The translations under genes were made by a program, and so were the position numbers. Shown in pieces: positions 39,644-47,929 of a stretch of 64,000 bases of DNA (its first letter is position 1; each line of letters starts with the position of its first letter). This stretch comes from Candidatus Woesearchaeota archaeon (GTDB lineage: Archaea > Nanobdellota > Nanobdellia > Woesearchaeales > UBA10216). The notes below the pieces were generated by a model, which did not search any database, was not told the DNA's origin, and saw nothing but the letters and a program-made list of their open reading frames with translations. The DNA lies in assembly GCA_016180195.1 (NCBI GenBank), contig JACPBS010000010.1, positions 16,687 through 80,686 of the forward strand. The letters are read 5' to 3'.

Positions 39644-39853
39644 TTACACCGAAGGCAATGCGCTTTGGATCGTTTCTGTGTTGTCAGGCACAGCAGCTTG
39701 CTGCCCGGCAAATCTTCCGCATCCACCTGCTCCCTGTGGCTGGTTGTTTGCGCTGTATGTTGCGTATCCTGTCTGCTGCGATTTTGATTCGCATCCTGCA
39801 ACAATCAGCGATGTCAGAGCCAGCACTGCCATAACTAGTAATATTTTCCTCAT
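39644..39853 (-). CDS. Small secreted protein with a lipobox (LIVAGC)
   Basis: Signal peptide MRKILLVMAVLALTSLIVAG/C fits the [LVI][ASTVI][GAS]C consensus. Confidence 0.45.
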   Translation of the reverse strand: MRKILLVMAVLALTSLIVAGCESKSQQTGYATYSANNQPQGAGGCGRFAGQQAAVPDNTETIQSALPSV

Positions 39854-39865
39854 TTTTTTTTCCTC

Positions 39866-40066
39866 CTAGCATCCACCTACCATTGTAGGCAGCTCATTTA
39901 TGTTGTTTGTTGACTGTCCTGTGCCTGTATTCGTGGCAGCAGATCCCCCTATTTTTATTGAGCCCTCTTCGATCTTTGCTTTCAGGCTTGTAAGCTGGTA
40001 TGCTTGAACTGCCGAGGCTATTAGCAGGAAGCCCAATACTATGATCATGATAAGGTTTTTGTTCAT
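39866..40066 (-). CDS. Small secreted protein ending in ELPTMVGGC
   Basis: Signal peptide MNKNLIMIIVLGFLLIASAVQA. The C-terminal 8 residues are conserved with the upstream gene despite synonymous codon changes. Confidence 0.45.
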   Translation of the reverse strand: MNKNLIMIIVLGFLLIASAVQAYQLTSLKAKIEEGSIKIGGSAATNTGTGQSTNNINELPTMVGGC

Positions 40067-40076
40067 TTTTTTCCTC

Positions 40077-40784
40077 CTAGCATCCTCCAACCATTGTTGG
40101 CAGGTCTCCGATGTTTGACTTGTCGCCTGCTTTAATTTTTTTGAGCAGATCCTTGTCGTTAAGGACTGCGGGTGTTATCTCGATGCCGTTTTCCACTGCG
40201 GCAACGCCCTTCTCAACCATGTTCTTGGGGTAGTACAATGCTTTCCATCGTGTAAGCTCGGCGAGAACCTGCTCGTTTGTCCATTTGTCAGGCTCATTTT
40301 TCAGGAGGTATTTTGTGAGCCCCCTGAAAGATGCCGCGTGTGCGCATCCGCATGCATCCCTTCCGCTTGGGTCGACCACATATGGTGCGCCGCAGCAGAA
40401 CTCGCAGCTTATCCGGGTTGTAACGTTTATGTATCTTGTTTTTTCATCTGCACTTAGCTGGGAAGTGGGTATTTTTCTGTCAAGGTTTGCCAGGACATTT
40501 ATGCTTTGCTCAGGCGTGTCATAGCTGACTCCTATATCTTCTCCGTAGCTAGGCATTCCTTTGGGTATGATTGCCGCGATTACGTTCTGGACAACATCCC
40601 CGCCCTGCTTTACCTTGAACGACGTGTCTTTGCTGGAGCTTCCCGATCCGATGTTGAAGAATCCTGTTTTCTGCCCGCCAATGGCGGCTGATACTGATAG
40701 CACCTGCAGGCTGTTAAACACAACAAGCAGGGCCAGGATCGCTACTCCGATTAGTTCCCAGTTGTTCTTTATCCTGTCGCGCAT
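40077..40784 (-). CDS. Membrane-anchored protein with a Cys cluster (CEFCCG...CGC), ending in DLPTMVGGC
   Basis: N-terminal TM helix. C-terminal motif shared with the downstream paralogue. First gene of the operon. Confidence 0.5.
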   Translation of the reverse strand: MRDRIKNNWELIGVAILALLVVFNSLQVLSVSAAIGGQKTGFFNIGSGSSSKDTSFKVKQGGDVVQNVIAAIIPKGMPSYGEDIGVSYDTPEQSINVLANLDRKIPTSQLSADEKTRYINVTTRISCEFCCGAPYVVDPSGRDACGCAHAASFRGLTKYLLKNEPDKWTNEQVLAELTRWKALYYPKNMVEKGVAAVENGIEITPAVLNDKDLLKKIKAGDKSNIGDLPTMVGGC

Positions 40785-40958
40785 TCTGAAAGATCCCCCG
40801 ATTCAAAGATTATCAACACCTAAACTATTTTATTAAAAATTTGGGTGTTTCATTATACTTTACAGGCTTTGTAATGCTTATATTTAAATTTTTGTTTTCT
40901 GATAACCTTTACACTCCCCGTAAAATATTTATAGTTGATTCTTCATTTGCTTTTTCTG

Positions 40959-41333
40959 ATGAAGGGCATTAAGTTTAACACCGATTTCGAATCTGTTCTC
41001 AGCCCTTTGGAGAGGGATGTTCTGCAGCTTTTGTGGCCTGACAGGAGGATGAAGGTCAGGCATATTTATGAAAAGCTGAGGCCAAGGAGGGATGTTGCGC
41101 TAAGCAGCGTGGCGGTTATCCTGGACAGGCTTTTTGAGAAGGGGGTTGTTGACAGGGAGATAGAGACAGGAAGGGGCGGGATAAGATATGTCTATTATCC
41201 GCTTCATGACCGCAAGCAGTTCGAGAGATCTTTGATCGAGACAACTGTGAACAGCCTTATTGACCGTTTTGGAACAACTGCTGTTTCGTATTTCAACAGC
41301 AGGTTTGGGGATGAGGGTGAGAAGAAGAAATGA
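40959..41333 (+). CDS. BlaI/MecI/CopY-family winged-helix repressor
   Basis: LSPLERDVLQLLWPDRRMKVRHIYEKL...VAVILDRLFEKGVVDRE is the Penicillinase_R pattern. Confidence 0.65.
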   Translation: MKGIKFNTDFESVLSPLERDVLQLLWPDRRMKVRHIYEKLRPRRDVALSSVAVILDRLFEKGVVDREIETGRGGIRYVYYPLHDRKQFERSLIETTVNSLIDRFGTTAVSYFNSRFGDEGEKKK

Positions 41334-42079
41334 TCTGCAATGAGTGCGCGCCGCTTTTCTTTGGCGACCCTGTGAAGATTGTTATCGCGGTTTCATCGCT
41401 GGCTGTTGCCCTTCTGACCTTTTTGCTTATCCTGAAAAGGGACCTTTCTTATGGGGTCAGGGTGTTTTTGATTTATCTTCACGTGTTCTCGCTTGTTTTC
41501 CCTTTTGTTTTTTATCTTTTTTTCAGCGGGTGCAGCACACTTTTTTCGGGGTGCAGCAAGATTGTTCCTGTGATTTACATGCTGCTGATAACTGGCGTTA
41601 TTTCTGCCATAATCGGCTCTGTTTGCGCGCCAATCGTGTTCATGTGGAGAAGCTCGAGGTGCAGGCTCAATGATCGGGGGATTTCAAGATTTGTATGCAG
41701 GGAATCGGGTGTTGCCGGAATAAGGCCGCCATCGCTTTTCATTGTTGACTCGGCAAGTCCCTTTGCCTTCTCTTTTTCGAACATAAGGCCTGTGATTTTT
41801 GTTTCAGTCGGTCTTCTAGACCTGCTTGGGAGGAAGGAGCTTGAGGCCGTTTTGCTGCATGAGATCATGCACATCAGGAATGGTGCTTCGATTTTCAGGT
41901 TTTCTGCTTTTTTCATGAGGGTGTTCTCCCCCCTTTCTATGTTTGCTTCCCTTGGTCGCGAGCTGGATGAGGAAGAGCTCGGCGCTGACAGGTATGCGTG
42001 CCTGAGGCAGGGCACTTCAAGATTTGTTGAATCTGCAAAAAGGAAGATTGACCTGTTTTTTTACTGGAGGAAAATATAA
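41330..42079 (+). CDS. BlaR1/MecR1-like M56 zinc-metalloprotease membrane protein
   Basis: Four TM helices. HExxH (LLHEIMHIRN) in the cytoplasmic loop. Overlaps the repressor gene stop. Confidence 0.65.
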   Translation: MICNECAPLFFGDPVKIVIAVSSLAVALLTFLLILKRDLSYGVRVFLIYLHVFSLVFPFVFYLFFSGCSTLFSGCSKIVPVIYMLLITGVISAIIGSVCAPIVFMWRSSRCRLNDRGISRFVCRESGVAGIRPPSLFIVDSASPFAFSFSNIRPVIFVSVGLLDLLGRKELEAVLLHEIMHIRNGASIFRFSAFFMRVFSPLSMFASLGRELDEEELGADRYACLRQGTSRFVESAKRKIDLFFYWRKI

Positions 42080-42083
42080 ACTG

Positions 42084-43175
42084 ATGAGGAAATCTGTTTA
42101 CCTGGTCCCGTTTGCAGTTATATTTTTCCTATTCGCTCTGGCTTCGTTTTTCCGTGACTCCATTGATGTTTCGCTGATTTCGAATTTGAGGAATATTTCT
42201 TTTGCTATAGCTTTTCTCGGCGGTGTTATGAGCATATTCTCGCCTTGCTCGATTGCGGTTGTTCCTGCTTTTGTGTCCTATGCATTCAAGGAAAGGCGGG
42301 ATGTTGGAAAGATGACCCTTGCATTTTTTGTCGGTTTTTCCCTGGCTTTTGTAACCCTTGGGTTGCTGATTGCTTACCTCGGTAAGATATCTTTTGTGTA
42401 TTTCCAGAACACATCCTCTGACCTTATCCTTGCCATTGGCTTCCTTTTGGTGATATTTGGGTTTATGGCATTTCTCGGCAGGGGTTTTACTTTCATCAGT
42501 ATCGGGATGAGGCCCGGGCATGACGTGGCGGGTGTTTTCCTTTTCGGCATTCTTTTTGCAGTCGGTTGGAGTGCCTGCAGCGGGCCTATCATCGCGGGCA
42601 TAATTTCTGTTGCAGCAGCATTCAGCAATTATGCGTATTCCGCTCTTCTTCTTTTTTTCTATTCGCTTGGGGTTGCTGTTCCCTTATTCTCGATGGCCTT
42701 CGCATATGACAGGTATAATCTCGCTGAGAATCCTTTTGTGAAGGGCAGGTATTTCGGTTTTTCTGTTCTCGGAAGGGATTTCATGGTTCATTCGACGAAT
42801 GCTGTTGCAGGCATCATGCTTGCAGGGCTTGGTCTCCTGTTTATCGTCTATAGGGGGACGACTTTTCTTACAGGCCTTGATCTTTTTGGCAGGTTTTTGC
42901 TTTTTGTTTTTCTGCTGCTGTGCGCCTATGTTGTGTATGAGCTTGCAGCCAAGAGGCTTGTTTCAGGGGCTAATGGCCGGCATGTCGCGTTTGTCCTGTT
43001 GTTTTTTGTTTCCCTTTCGGTTTTCATGTACATAAACTCTAATTTTATTGTGACAACTGTTGGTTATTCCGAGCTTTTTGACAGGATAATGCTTCAGAAC
43101 AGCGCAGTTTTCAATGTTGTTGGGGTGGTGCTTCTTGCTTTTTTTGTTTTTCTTATCCTGAGGGGAAAATATTAA
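42084..43175 (+). CDS. CcdA/DsbD-family transmembrane thiol-disulfide electron transporter
   Basis: AFLGGVMSIFSPCSIAVVPAFVSY (DsbD_2 signature, Cys in TM1) and a second Cys in TM4 (WSACSGPI). Confidence 0.7.
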   Translation: MRKSVYLVPFAVIFFLFALASFFRDSIDVSLISNLRNISFAIAFLGGVMSIFSPCSIAVVPAFVSYAFKERRDVGKMTLAFFVGFSLAFVTLGLLIAYLGKISFVYFQNTSSDLILAIGFLLVIFGFMAFLGRGFTFISIGMRPGHDVAGVFLFGILFAVGWSACSGPIIAGIISVAAAFSNYAYSALLLFFYSLGVAVPLFSMAFAYDRYNLAENPFVKGRYFGFSVLGRDFMVHSTNAVAGIMLAGLGLLFIVYRGTTFLTGLDLFGRFLLFVFLLLCAYVVYELAAKRLVSGANGRHVAFVLLFFVSLSVFMYINSNFIVTTVGYSELFDRIMLQNSAVFNVVGVVLLAFFVFLILRGKY

Positions 43176-43200
43176 ATACTGCAGGTCTTACTCTTTGAGT

Positions 43201-43374
43201 ATGTTTGAAAACCTGTTCAACAAGACAAATATTCTGCTTGCCTCAATTATACTTGCCTTGTATATCGCATTCATTGTTTCGAGGTTGCTGTTCAGCGGCA
43301 AGAGCAAGTATGAGAAGGACATGGATAGGATCCTCACTTCGGATAAGCACAAGGTGAAGGGCAGGTTTGAGTAA
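43201..43374 (+). CDS. Hypothetical 57-aa single-TM protein
   Basis: Not in the track. Reads MFENLFNKTNILLASIILALYIAFIVSRLLFSG... Confidence 0.25.
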   Translation: MFENLFNKTNILLASIILALYIAFIVSRLLFSGKSKYEKDMDRILTSDKHKVKGRFE

Positions 43375-43388
43375 GGGAAGGGATTGGT

Positions 43389-44120
43389 TTGGATGCGCTT
43401 TTTTTGATCCTTTTTTCAGTTTCGATAGTCAGCCTTGTTTCGATACTTGCTGTTTTTTTTCTTAAGGTTGGCAGCCAGAGGCTTTTTTGGATAATAAGCT
43501 TTGCAGCGGGCACGATGCTTGGGGCTGCTTTCCTTGACATGCTTCCTGAGGCTGTTGAGGTTTCAGGGGGCTCTGTGCTTGTTTACAGCCTTGCCGGAAT
43601 CGCGGGTTTTTTTATCCTTGAGCATTTTATTCATTGGCATCACCACAGGCATGAGAGCAAGTCCTTGAAGTCCGCAGTGTATCCCATACTTGTGGGGGAC
43701 GCGATTCATAATTTCGTGGATGGCACAGTCATAGCTGCCAGTTTCCTCACTGATGTTCGGGTTGGGATAGCTGCAACTGCTGCCATTATCTTTCACGAGG
43801 TTCCGCAGGAGCTTGGTGACGCAGGCATCCTGATATATAGCGGTCTCAGCAGGTTTAAGGCTGCCGTATTTAATTTTGCGTCTGCGATTACTGCGTTCGT
43901 TGGCGCGCTTCTTGCTTTTTATTTCAATGCCCGGTTTGAATGGCTTAATGTTATCCTGGTTAGCTTTGCGGCCGGAGGTTTTATTTACATCGCCGCAGGA
44001 GACCTGCTTCCTGAGCTTAGGAAGGAGCTCGATGTAAAGAAGTCCGGGGTGCACATCATGCTTTTCCTGTCTGGAATCATGGCGATCTGGCTCATAATAA
44101 GGGTGGTTGGGGCGGTCTGA
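43389..44120 (+). CDS. zupT: ZIP-family metal transporter (ZupT-like)
   Basis: HHHRHE loop. GDAIHNFVDG and HEVPQELGDAG signatures. Confidence 0.85.
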   Translation: MDALFLILFSVSIVSLVSILAVFFLKVGSQRLFWIISFAAGTMLGAAFLDMLPEAVEVSGGSVLVYSLAGIAGFFILEHFIHWHHHRHESKSLKSAVYPILVGDAIHNFVDGTVIAASFLTDVRVGIAATAAIIFHEVPQELGDAGILIYSGLSRFKAAVFNFASAITAFVGALLAFYFNARFEWLNVILVSFAAGGFIYIAAGDLLPELRKELDVKKSGVHIMLFLSGIMAIWLIIRVVGAV

Positions 44121-44846
44121 ATGCTTCCTTATTTCACCTTATCATCTTTTAAGCTGGGATTTATCACGATTCATGTCTGGGGGATTTTTGCTGCGCTTGG
44201 TTTCATTGTTGGGATGTTTTTTGCTTCAAGGGAGGCTGCGAAAAGGGGGCTGGACCCTGATGCGATCCATGATTCTGCTCCATGGGTGATGCTTGGCGCC
44301 ATTGTGGGGGCGCGGATTGTTTTCCTTCTGGAGAACCCCTGGGCTGTTTCAGGCTTTTTTGATATTTTCAGTGTTTGGAATGGGGGCCTTGCTTTTCATG
44401 GGGGCTTTTTTGGGGGAGTCGGTGTTTTTTTGGCTTATATGAGGCACAAGGGCTTGAGTGTCTTAAGATATTCAGATGCGATTGCTCCTGGCATAGCTAT
44501 AGGCCATGCGGTTGGCAGGTTAGGATGCCATGTAACTGGCATGCATGTTGGCAAGGAGTCTTCGCTTCCGTGGTCAATATTTCATGAGGGGGCTGCCAGG
44601 CATCCGGTTATTCTGTATGAGATTGCGGCTTTGCTCCTCATTTTTTTTGTTCTTTTGTGGGTGAGGGAAAGGAAATTCTCCCGTGTTGATGGGCGTGTTT
44701 TCTTCATGTACATTGCATTGTATAGCTTCGCAAGGTTTTTCATTGAGTTTTTCAGGACAGACCCTGTTTATTTTGGCTTTTCAGCAGCTCAATTTATTGT
44801 CGTTGCCGTTTTTGCTGCTTCCCTGTTTTTCCTGTTTAGAAAATAG
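44121..44846 (+). CDS. lgt: Prolipoprotein diacylglyceryl transferase
   Basis: WNGGLAFHGGFFGG (Lgt GGLxxHGG motif). GRLGCHVTG is a degenerate Lgt signature. C-terminal ARFFIEFFRTDP...SAAQ. Confidence 0.75.
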   Translation: MLPYFTLSSFKLGFITIHVWGIFAALGFIVGMFFASREAAKRGLDPDAIHDSAPWVMLGAIVGARIVFLLENPWAVSGFFDIFSVWNGGLAFHGGFFGGVGVFLAYMRHKGLSVLRYSDAIAPGIAIGHAVGRLGCHVTGMHVGKESSLPWSIFHEGAARHPVILYEIAALLLIFFVLLWVRERKFSRVDGRVFFMYIALYSFARFFIEFFRTDPVYFGFSAAQFIVVAVFAASLFFLFRK

Positions 44847-45524
44847 CTATTCTATTGTTTTCAGGAACTCTATCGCCATTTCCCGGATATTGCTTTCAGT
44901 GCTTATGCCTGTCCACGGGTCTTTTTCATGGACTATGTTGACAACCACTATGTTTGCTCCGTTGAATATTGCGCTCCTTGATTCCTTGAGGTCTATGCCC
45001 CCTGCTGCCGAGATTAGCACACTGTATTTGCTCCTTATCTTGTTTATGTGCTTGTACTGTATAACCTTTCCCCGTGTTCTCTCTTCGTCCCTTCCCCTGT
45101 GCATTATAACCACATTTGGAGGTTCCTTGAGCTTTCTGATGACTGATAAGGGTTCCTGAATTCCGAGCATGTCTATCATTGAAAGCATTCCTGCATTTGT
45201 GCATGCTTTTATGAATAGGTTTGTTGTTTCTGTTGGCGCAGACCCGTGTACTGTGGCTGCATTAGCCCCTGCATCGCGGGCTTCATTCACTTCATCTTCT
45301 GCTCCGTCAAGGGTTTTCAGGTCCGCTACTATTATTCCGTCCCAGATATGTGATAGTTTCTTTATTCCCTTGAGTCCTTCCCGCTTTATGAAGGGTGTTC
45401 CTGCCTCGATCATTATCCTGCTGTCTTTTGGCAGTGTTAAGATTACCCTGGCTGCTGAGGACAAGTCGTGGTTGAATGCTATCTGCAGGTATCTTATTTT
45501 TGGGTCGAGCAAAGGATTTTTCAT
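44847..45524 (-). CDS. 3-hexulose-6-phosphate synthase / KGPDC-family (OMP decarboxylase fold) protein
   Basis: LQIAFNHD...IMIEAGTPFI...VADLKTLD pattern of HPS and KGPDC enzymes. Confidence 0.55.
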   Translation of the reverse strand: MKNPLLDPKIRYLQIAFNHDLSSAARVILTLPKDSRIMIEAGTPFIKREGLKGIKKLSHIWDGIIVADLKTLDGAEDEVNEARDAGANAATVHGSAPTETTNLFIKACTNAGMLSMIDMLGIQEPLSVIRKLKEPPNVVIMHRGRDEERTRGKVIQYKHINKIRSKYSVLISAAGGIDLKESRSAIFNGANIVVVNIVHEKDPWTGISTESNIREMAIEFLKTIE

Positions 45525-46270
45525 CTTTTGACAATCTTTCCAAGCAGGTCTCCCATGTCTGAGGGGAGGAACAGCACTATCTTTTCAGAAGGGTCTGCTG
45601 CTATGTCCCGTATTGTCTGCAAGGTCCTGAGGTGAAGTGCGCCGTGGCTTTTGGAAAGGTTTTCTGCTGCTTTCCTGAGATTATCAGAAGCCTTCAGTTC
45701 CCCGTCTGATGCTATGATCATCGCTCTTCTTTCCCTTTCAGCTTCTGCCTGCTTGGCCATTGCCCTTTTCATTTCAGATGGAAGCTCTATTTCCTGTATC
45801 TTGATTGCCTCTATATCAACACCCCATCCTGATGTTTCTGAGTCAACTATGTTTTTTATGCTCCCCGCTATCTTCTCTCTTTCCGCAAGAACGAAATCCA
45901 GCTCATAGTTGCCCATTACATCCCTTAGTGCTGCCTGCGTGTATTGCCTGACTGCGTATTCAAAATCCTCTATCTTGATAACAGCGATCTCGGGCTTTTC
46001 AACCTTGAAATAAACCACTGTATTTGCCAGCACAGGTATGTTGTCCTTGGTCATTACTTCCTGTCTGGGTATGTCGGCTGTTTTTATCCTTAAGTCAACT
46101 GTCCTTATTCCTTCTATGATCGGAATGAAGAATATAAGTCCGGGTCCTTCCACCCTTGAATACCTTCCCAGCCTGAATATGACTGCCCTCTCATATTCTA
46201 TCAGCACCCTTATTCCTAGAATGGCTATAAAAAACAGAAGTACTAAAACAGAAATCAGGAACCAGACCAT
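45521..46270 (-). CDS. SPFH/band-7 (stomatin-like) membrane protein
   Basis: N-terminal TM. Stomatin core (RLGRY...DIPRQEVMTKDNIPV...AALRDVMG) and C-terminal coiled coil. Confidence 0.8.
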   Translation of the reverse strand: MVWFLISVLVLLFFIAILGIRVLIEYERAVIFRLGRYSRVEGPGLIFFIPIIEGIRTVDLRIKTADIPRQEVMTKDNIPVLANTVVYFKVEKPEIAVIKIEDFEYAVRQYTQAALRDVMGNYELDFVLAEREKIAGSIKNIVDSETSGWGVDIEAIKIQEIELPSEMKRAMAKQAEAERERRAMIIASDGELKASDNLRKAAENLSKSHGALHLRTLQTIRDIAADPSEKIVLFLPSDMGDLLGKIVKR

Positions 46271-46373
46271 TTTTTCACCTCTATTTCATTTTGAGGAGCG
46301 TAAGTTTTTAATGTTTTTTTTTTTGCTCCCGTTATGTTTGACAAACCTGACTATTATTAAAAGCTCAGGTGTT

Positions 46374-46649
46374 TTATTTTATCTTTGATATGTCCTTTCT
46401 CAGCTTTGAAAGGTCGGTTTGCAGCTTTTCCGTGGCTTCTATTATTGCTTTTCTGGGTTTTATCTCGCCATCAGTTTCCAGCAGCATTCTTGGGATGCCT
46501 ACAAGAGGATGGTCCAGGTTGTATGTGCTTACCTTGACATGCTTGTTTGACCACAATGCAGTCTTTACGCTGTTCAATAACGAGTGCCCTTCCCCCTTGA
46601 CTTCGAGAAATATCTTTTTTGGAGTTTCCTCAACGATATTTATTTCCAT
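46374..46649 (-). CDS. rpoL: DNA-directed RNA polymerase subunit L (Rpo11)
   Basis: MEINIVEE...EGHSLLNSVKTAL...HPLVGIPRMLLETDG. A TATA box tatttaaata lies about 25 nt upstream. Confidence 0.75.
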   Translation of the reverse strand: MEINIVEETPKKIFLEVKGEGHSLLNSVKTALWSNKHVKVSTYNLDHPLVGIPRMLLETDGEIKPRKAIIEATEKLQTDLSKLRKDISKIK

Positions 46650-46673
46650 TTTTAACTTGTGTTTCACGCCTAT

Positions 46674-47282
46674 TTAAATACCTTTCGCTAGCCTGAAGCA
46701 GCTGACTTCAATTCGCTCTATCTTTTTTTTGTGAAAGCTCATTGTTTTTTTCAGCGGCATCATGAACTGGAGCTTGTCAGTGATTTTGTATTTGTTGTCT
46801 TCCGAGATCGCCTTTAGGAATCCTTCAGTCGCGGTCTTGTGGAAGCTATAGATTATTGGTGCTGTCTGGAATGCCTTTTCCAGGAACTCCCTGTCCGAGT
46901 GCCTTGTTTTTGTTCCAAATGGGGGGTTTTGGATCACGATGTCTGTTTTTTCATTGAAGCCTGAAATGTCCGAGCAGATTATTTTCGCCTTGAGGCCTGC
47001 TGATGATAGGTTTTCTCCTGCTATTTCCAGTGCTTCAGGGTCTTTGTCAACAAGCATTGCCTTTTTTGCACCGAGAAGCAGGCAGCCTATGCCCAATATC
47101 CCTGTTCCGCATCCGAGGTCCGCGATGCTTTTGCCTTTTAGGTCGCCTTTCATGTAGGCAGTCCAAATCACTTCGGCAGCTGTTTCAGAATCAGTCATGT
47201 ACTGTTCTGATGTCGCGCTTGGGGAGGAAAACCCCTTGAGTTTTGATAGGATCACTGCGAGCTGTGATTGGCTGGATATCAT
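46674..47282 (-). CDS. METTL5/COG2263-type N6-adenine RNA methyltransferase
   Basis: DLGCGTGILGIG (motif I) and VIQNPPFG (NPPF motif IV). Confidence 0.7.
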   Translation of the reverse strand: MISSQSQLAVILSKLKGFSSPSATSEQYMTDSETAAEVIWTAYMKGDLKGKSIADLGCGTGILGIGCLLLGAKKAMLVDKDPEALEIAGENLSSAGLKAKIICSDISGFNEKTDIVIQNPPFGTKTRHSDREFLEKAFQTAPIIYSFHKTATEGFLKAISEDNKYKITDKLQFMMPLKKTMSFHKKKIERIEVSCFRLAKGI

Positions 47283-47390
47283 GCTGCGATGATCAATATT
47301 GGTAATATAAAAAATATCCTTTCAATCACCAAAAACTATTTAAGCAACCCTTAACAGGTTTGTTGCTTTTGAGTTGTGGGGTGGTAATTA

Positions 47391-47921
47391 ATGCGAAAAG
47401 AGGTCTTATCTAGTTTCCTGACTGAAGCCCAGGAGGTTAGGGCTGAGCTGGGAATTGCATTGAAGGATATCTATGAAGAGTTTGATGAGCATCTTGAGGC
47501 TATAAACCAGTCAACAGAGGAGGTTCAGGCTAACCATGAATACCTCTGTAGGCTTGATTGCAAGATTGACAGGCTGGGCGAGAGGGTTGAGCAGATTGCT
47601 TTGACGCTTAAGAATGCGGGCATGAATTTTGAGGAGGCAAGGATAGAGGATATCAAGCTGAGTGAAAAGGAAAAGGATGTCTTTCTCGTGATGTACACTG
47701 CAGACAAAATGCTTTCTTATAGGGACATATCTTCAGGGATCAGGGAAAGCGAGTTTCTGGTGCGTGGGCATATCACGAACATGATCCATAAAGGCATTCC
47801 TATAAAGAAGAAATACATCAACAATGAGGTGAGGATGCACCTCGATGTCCGCTTTAGGGAGCATCAGGCCAAGACTAACTTTTTGGGGATAAGCCAGAAG
47901 ACAGTAAGGGAGTTTGGCTAA
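47391..47921 (+). CDS. Hypothetical protein with an N-terminal coiled coil and a possible C-terminal wHTH
   Basis: ORF only. Composition-based. Confidence 0.4.
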   Translation: MRKEVLSSFLTEAQEVRAELGIALKDIYEEFDEHLEAINQSTEEVQANHEYLCRLDCKIDRLGERVEQIALTLKNAGMNFEEARIEDIKLSEKEKDVFLVMYTADKMLSYRDISSGIRESEFLVRGHITNMIHKGIPIKKKYINNEVRMHLDVRFREHQAKTNFLGISQKTVREFG

Positions 47922-47929
47922 CTCCCTTA

